Below are positions 43,581 to 44,518 of a stretch of 44,518 bases of DNA, piece by piece. The stretch is from a bacterium (GTDB lineage: Bacteria > Patescibacteriota > Minisyncoccia > Phycocordibacterales > UBA9973), in the NCBI GenBank assembly GCA_037140655.1, contig JBAXEA010000001.1, positions 1 through 44,518 on the forward strand, in the 5' to 3' direction. The stretch's first letter is position 1; each line of letters opens with the position of its first letter. The translations under genes were made by a program, and so were the position numbers. Below the pieces are notes generated by a model that made no database searches, had not been told where the DNA came from, and worked only from the letters and a program-made list of their open reading frames with translations.

Positions 43581-43589
43581 AAATATTAT

Positions 43590-44168
43590 CTAAACTCTCT
43601 CTACGTATTCACCTGTATCTGTGTTTACTCTTATCACGTCTCCTTCGTTTATGAACATTGGAGCAGTTAGTGTCGTTCCATTTTCCAATACGATAACTTT
43701 GACTCCACCTTTGGAGGTATCTCCTCGTACGGCTGGGGGAGCTTCTTTTACAAGAAATTCCATTTTGACTGGTAGGGAAACTTTTATGGTAACTTCTTCT
43801 CCGTCATTATCCCATACAAGTGCTGTGACTATGCCATTTGTTTTTAAGAATTTACCGGCTGTTCCAATGAGTGCAGCGTCCAATTTAAATCTATTTGATT
43901 TTTCTTCTGGATCACAGAACCAATATTCTCCTTTGTTTTGATACAAGAACATAACATCCTTTTTATCAATATCTGCTTCCTCTGCCTTGTCAGAAACATG
44001 GAAAGTGGCAGGGAATACTTTTCCAGAAATCAAACTTTTAAGTTTTACTTGGTTTTGAGGTTTTCTTTGCTGAGTTCTAGCGACGTGGGATTCTACCACT
44101 TCGCAAGGTTCACCACTGTATAAAATTACTTTCTTCTCTCTTATTGCACTATATTCTAATGTTGCCAT
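43590..44168 (-). CDS. efp: Translation elongation factor P
   Basis: ..GEPCEVVESHV..VKLKSLISG.., ..FLYQNKGEYWFCD.. and the C-terminal OB domains are present. The loop that normally carries PGKG reads ARTQQRKPQN. Confidence 0.95.
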   Translation of the reverse strand: MATLEYSAIREKKVILYSGEPCEVVESHVARTQQRKPQNQVKLKSLISGKVFPATFHVSDKAEEADIDKKDVMFLYQNKGEYWFCDPEEKSNRFKLDAALIGTAGKFLKTNGIVTALVWDNDGEEVTIKVSLPVKMEFLVKEAPPAVRGDTSKGGVKVIVLENGTTLTAPMFINEGDVIRVNTDTGEYVERV

Positions 44169-44209
44169 AGATTTTTAATTTTAAACGATTAATAATCTTA
44201 TCCTAACAC

Positions 44210-44281
44210 CCGGTAGTAGATCTTGGCAAGTTAAATTATTAATTTAAGTACTTTGTACATTACCAAGATTCACTACCGGGT
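44210..44281. repeat. Family-A structured palindromic element, copy A6
   Basis: CCCGGTAGTAGATCTTGGCA | TTAAATTattaAATTTAA | GTACtttGTAC | TACCAAGATTCACTACCGGG. Confidence 0.85.
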
Positions 44282-44313
44282 AACAGAAAAAAACATAAAA
44301 TCAAACCTAACCG

Positions 44314-44350
44314 AAACCGGGTTTAGGGCTTTGGCCCTAAACCCGGTTTC
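44314..44350. repeat. Family-B GC-rich palindrome, copy B3
   Basis: GAAACCGGGTTTAGGGC-tttg-GCCCTAAACCCGGTTTC. It lies 15 nt downstream of the recA stop (- strand). Confidence 0.8.
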
Positions 44351-44365
44351 TGGAATTATTTATTT

Positions 44366-44518
44366 TTACGCCTCCTCTTCAAACTTTTTACGAATTTCTT
44401 TTAGAATTTTTTCAGAAATTTTTGGATTTTCACGTAGGAATGTGCGAGTTGCATCATATCCTCGTCCAAGTTTTATTTCTTCCTTACCTTCACCGGCAGG
44501 GGTGTATGAATATGAGTT
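44366..44518 (-). CDS. recA: Recombinase RecA, C-terminal 50 codons (5'-truncated by the window edge)
   Basis: The minus-strand frame reads NSYSYTPAGEGKEEIKLGRGYDATRTFLRENPKISEKILKEIRKKFEEEA*. This matches the RecA C-terminal pattern (..W(Y/F)SY.g..iGQG.e.a..fL.eNpe....i...ir). Confidence 0.85.
   Translation of the reverse strand, partial: NSYSYTPAGEGKEEIKLGRGYDATRTFLRENPKISEKILKEIRKKFEEEA

Noticed and set aside
43287-43670. 127-aa + strand ORF.
   Set aside because: It translates palindrome B2 (SPKPGLG repeats) and the efp terminator, then runs antisense into efp. No coding signal is present.
4600-44350. The repeated hairpins (families A and B) as a CRISPR array.
   Set aside because: The copies are scattered kilobases apart between genes, are not regularly spaced, and are internally palindromic over their whole length. 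No cas genes are present.

Overview
AT-rich, gene-dense 44.5-kb window with about 50 credible genes, nearly all on the + strand. By inference from gene content it looks like core chromosome of a small-genome CPR/Patescibacteria-like (Parcubacteria-type) bacterium. The supporting features are a type IV pilus operon, a split ComEC, many aminoacyl-tRNA synthetases, few biosynthetic genes and no Shine-Dalgarno sites.

Gene order:
- pilB (3' end), pilC, three pilin-like genes and a large pilus-operon protein
- tpiA, pgk
- three small orphan genes and a HIT gene
- recJ, rnhA, ComEC membrane part, an antisense Fe/Mn SOD, ComEC beta-lactamase part
- glyA, CYTH, tmk, dut, argS
- T-box leader and ileS
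- HAD-like gene, recO, a large membrane-anchored protein
- glyQS, NUDIX, panD, M16 peptidase, AI-2E transporter
- metG, GNAT, tatD
- a six-gene sensor locus: PAS kinase, DMT transporter, two paralogous unknowns flanking a Cys-rich mini-protein, multi-TM kinase
- rpsF, ssb, rpsR
- on the - strand: an 829-aa secreted protein with a T9SS-type C-terminal sorting domain, efp, and the recA 3' end

I saw no rRNA, tRNA, CRISPR array, transposase or recognisable defence gene. The standard code appears to apply.

Most unusual observations:
1. A complete histidine-phosphatase (PGAM-like) domain is inserted inside IleRS.
2. The same ileS frame carries an in-frame UGA with about 90 conserved codons after it.
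3. A family of about 65-75-nt structured palindromic intergenic elements shows compensatory stem changes, often abutting extended -10 boxes.
4. A second family of GC-rich palindromes is present (core CCCTAAACCCGG).
5. A GC-rich 23-nt motif is embedded in frame in glyA, glyQS and metG.
6. Promoters of the form TGnTAnnAT-N6-ATG (leaderless) are pervasive, including two back-to-back in a 14-nt gap.
7. A Bacteroidota-style T9SS cargo protein sits in an otherwise CPR-like context.
8. The orphan-kinase, paralog and Cys-rich-peptide locus has no response regulator.

All homology calls rest on motif recognition by eye. No searches were run.
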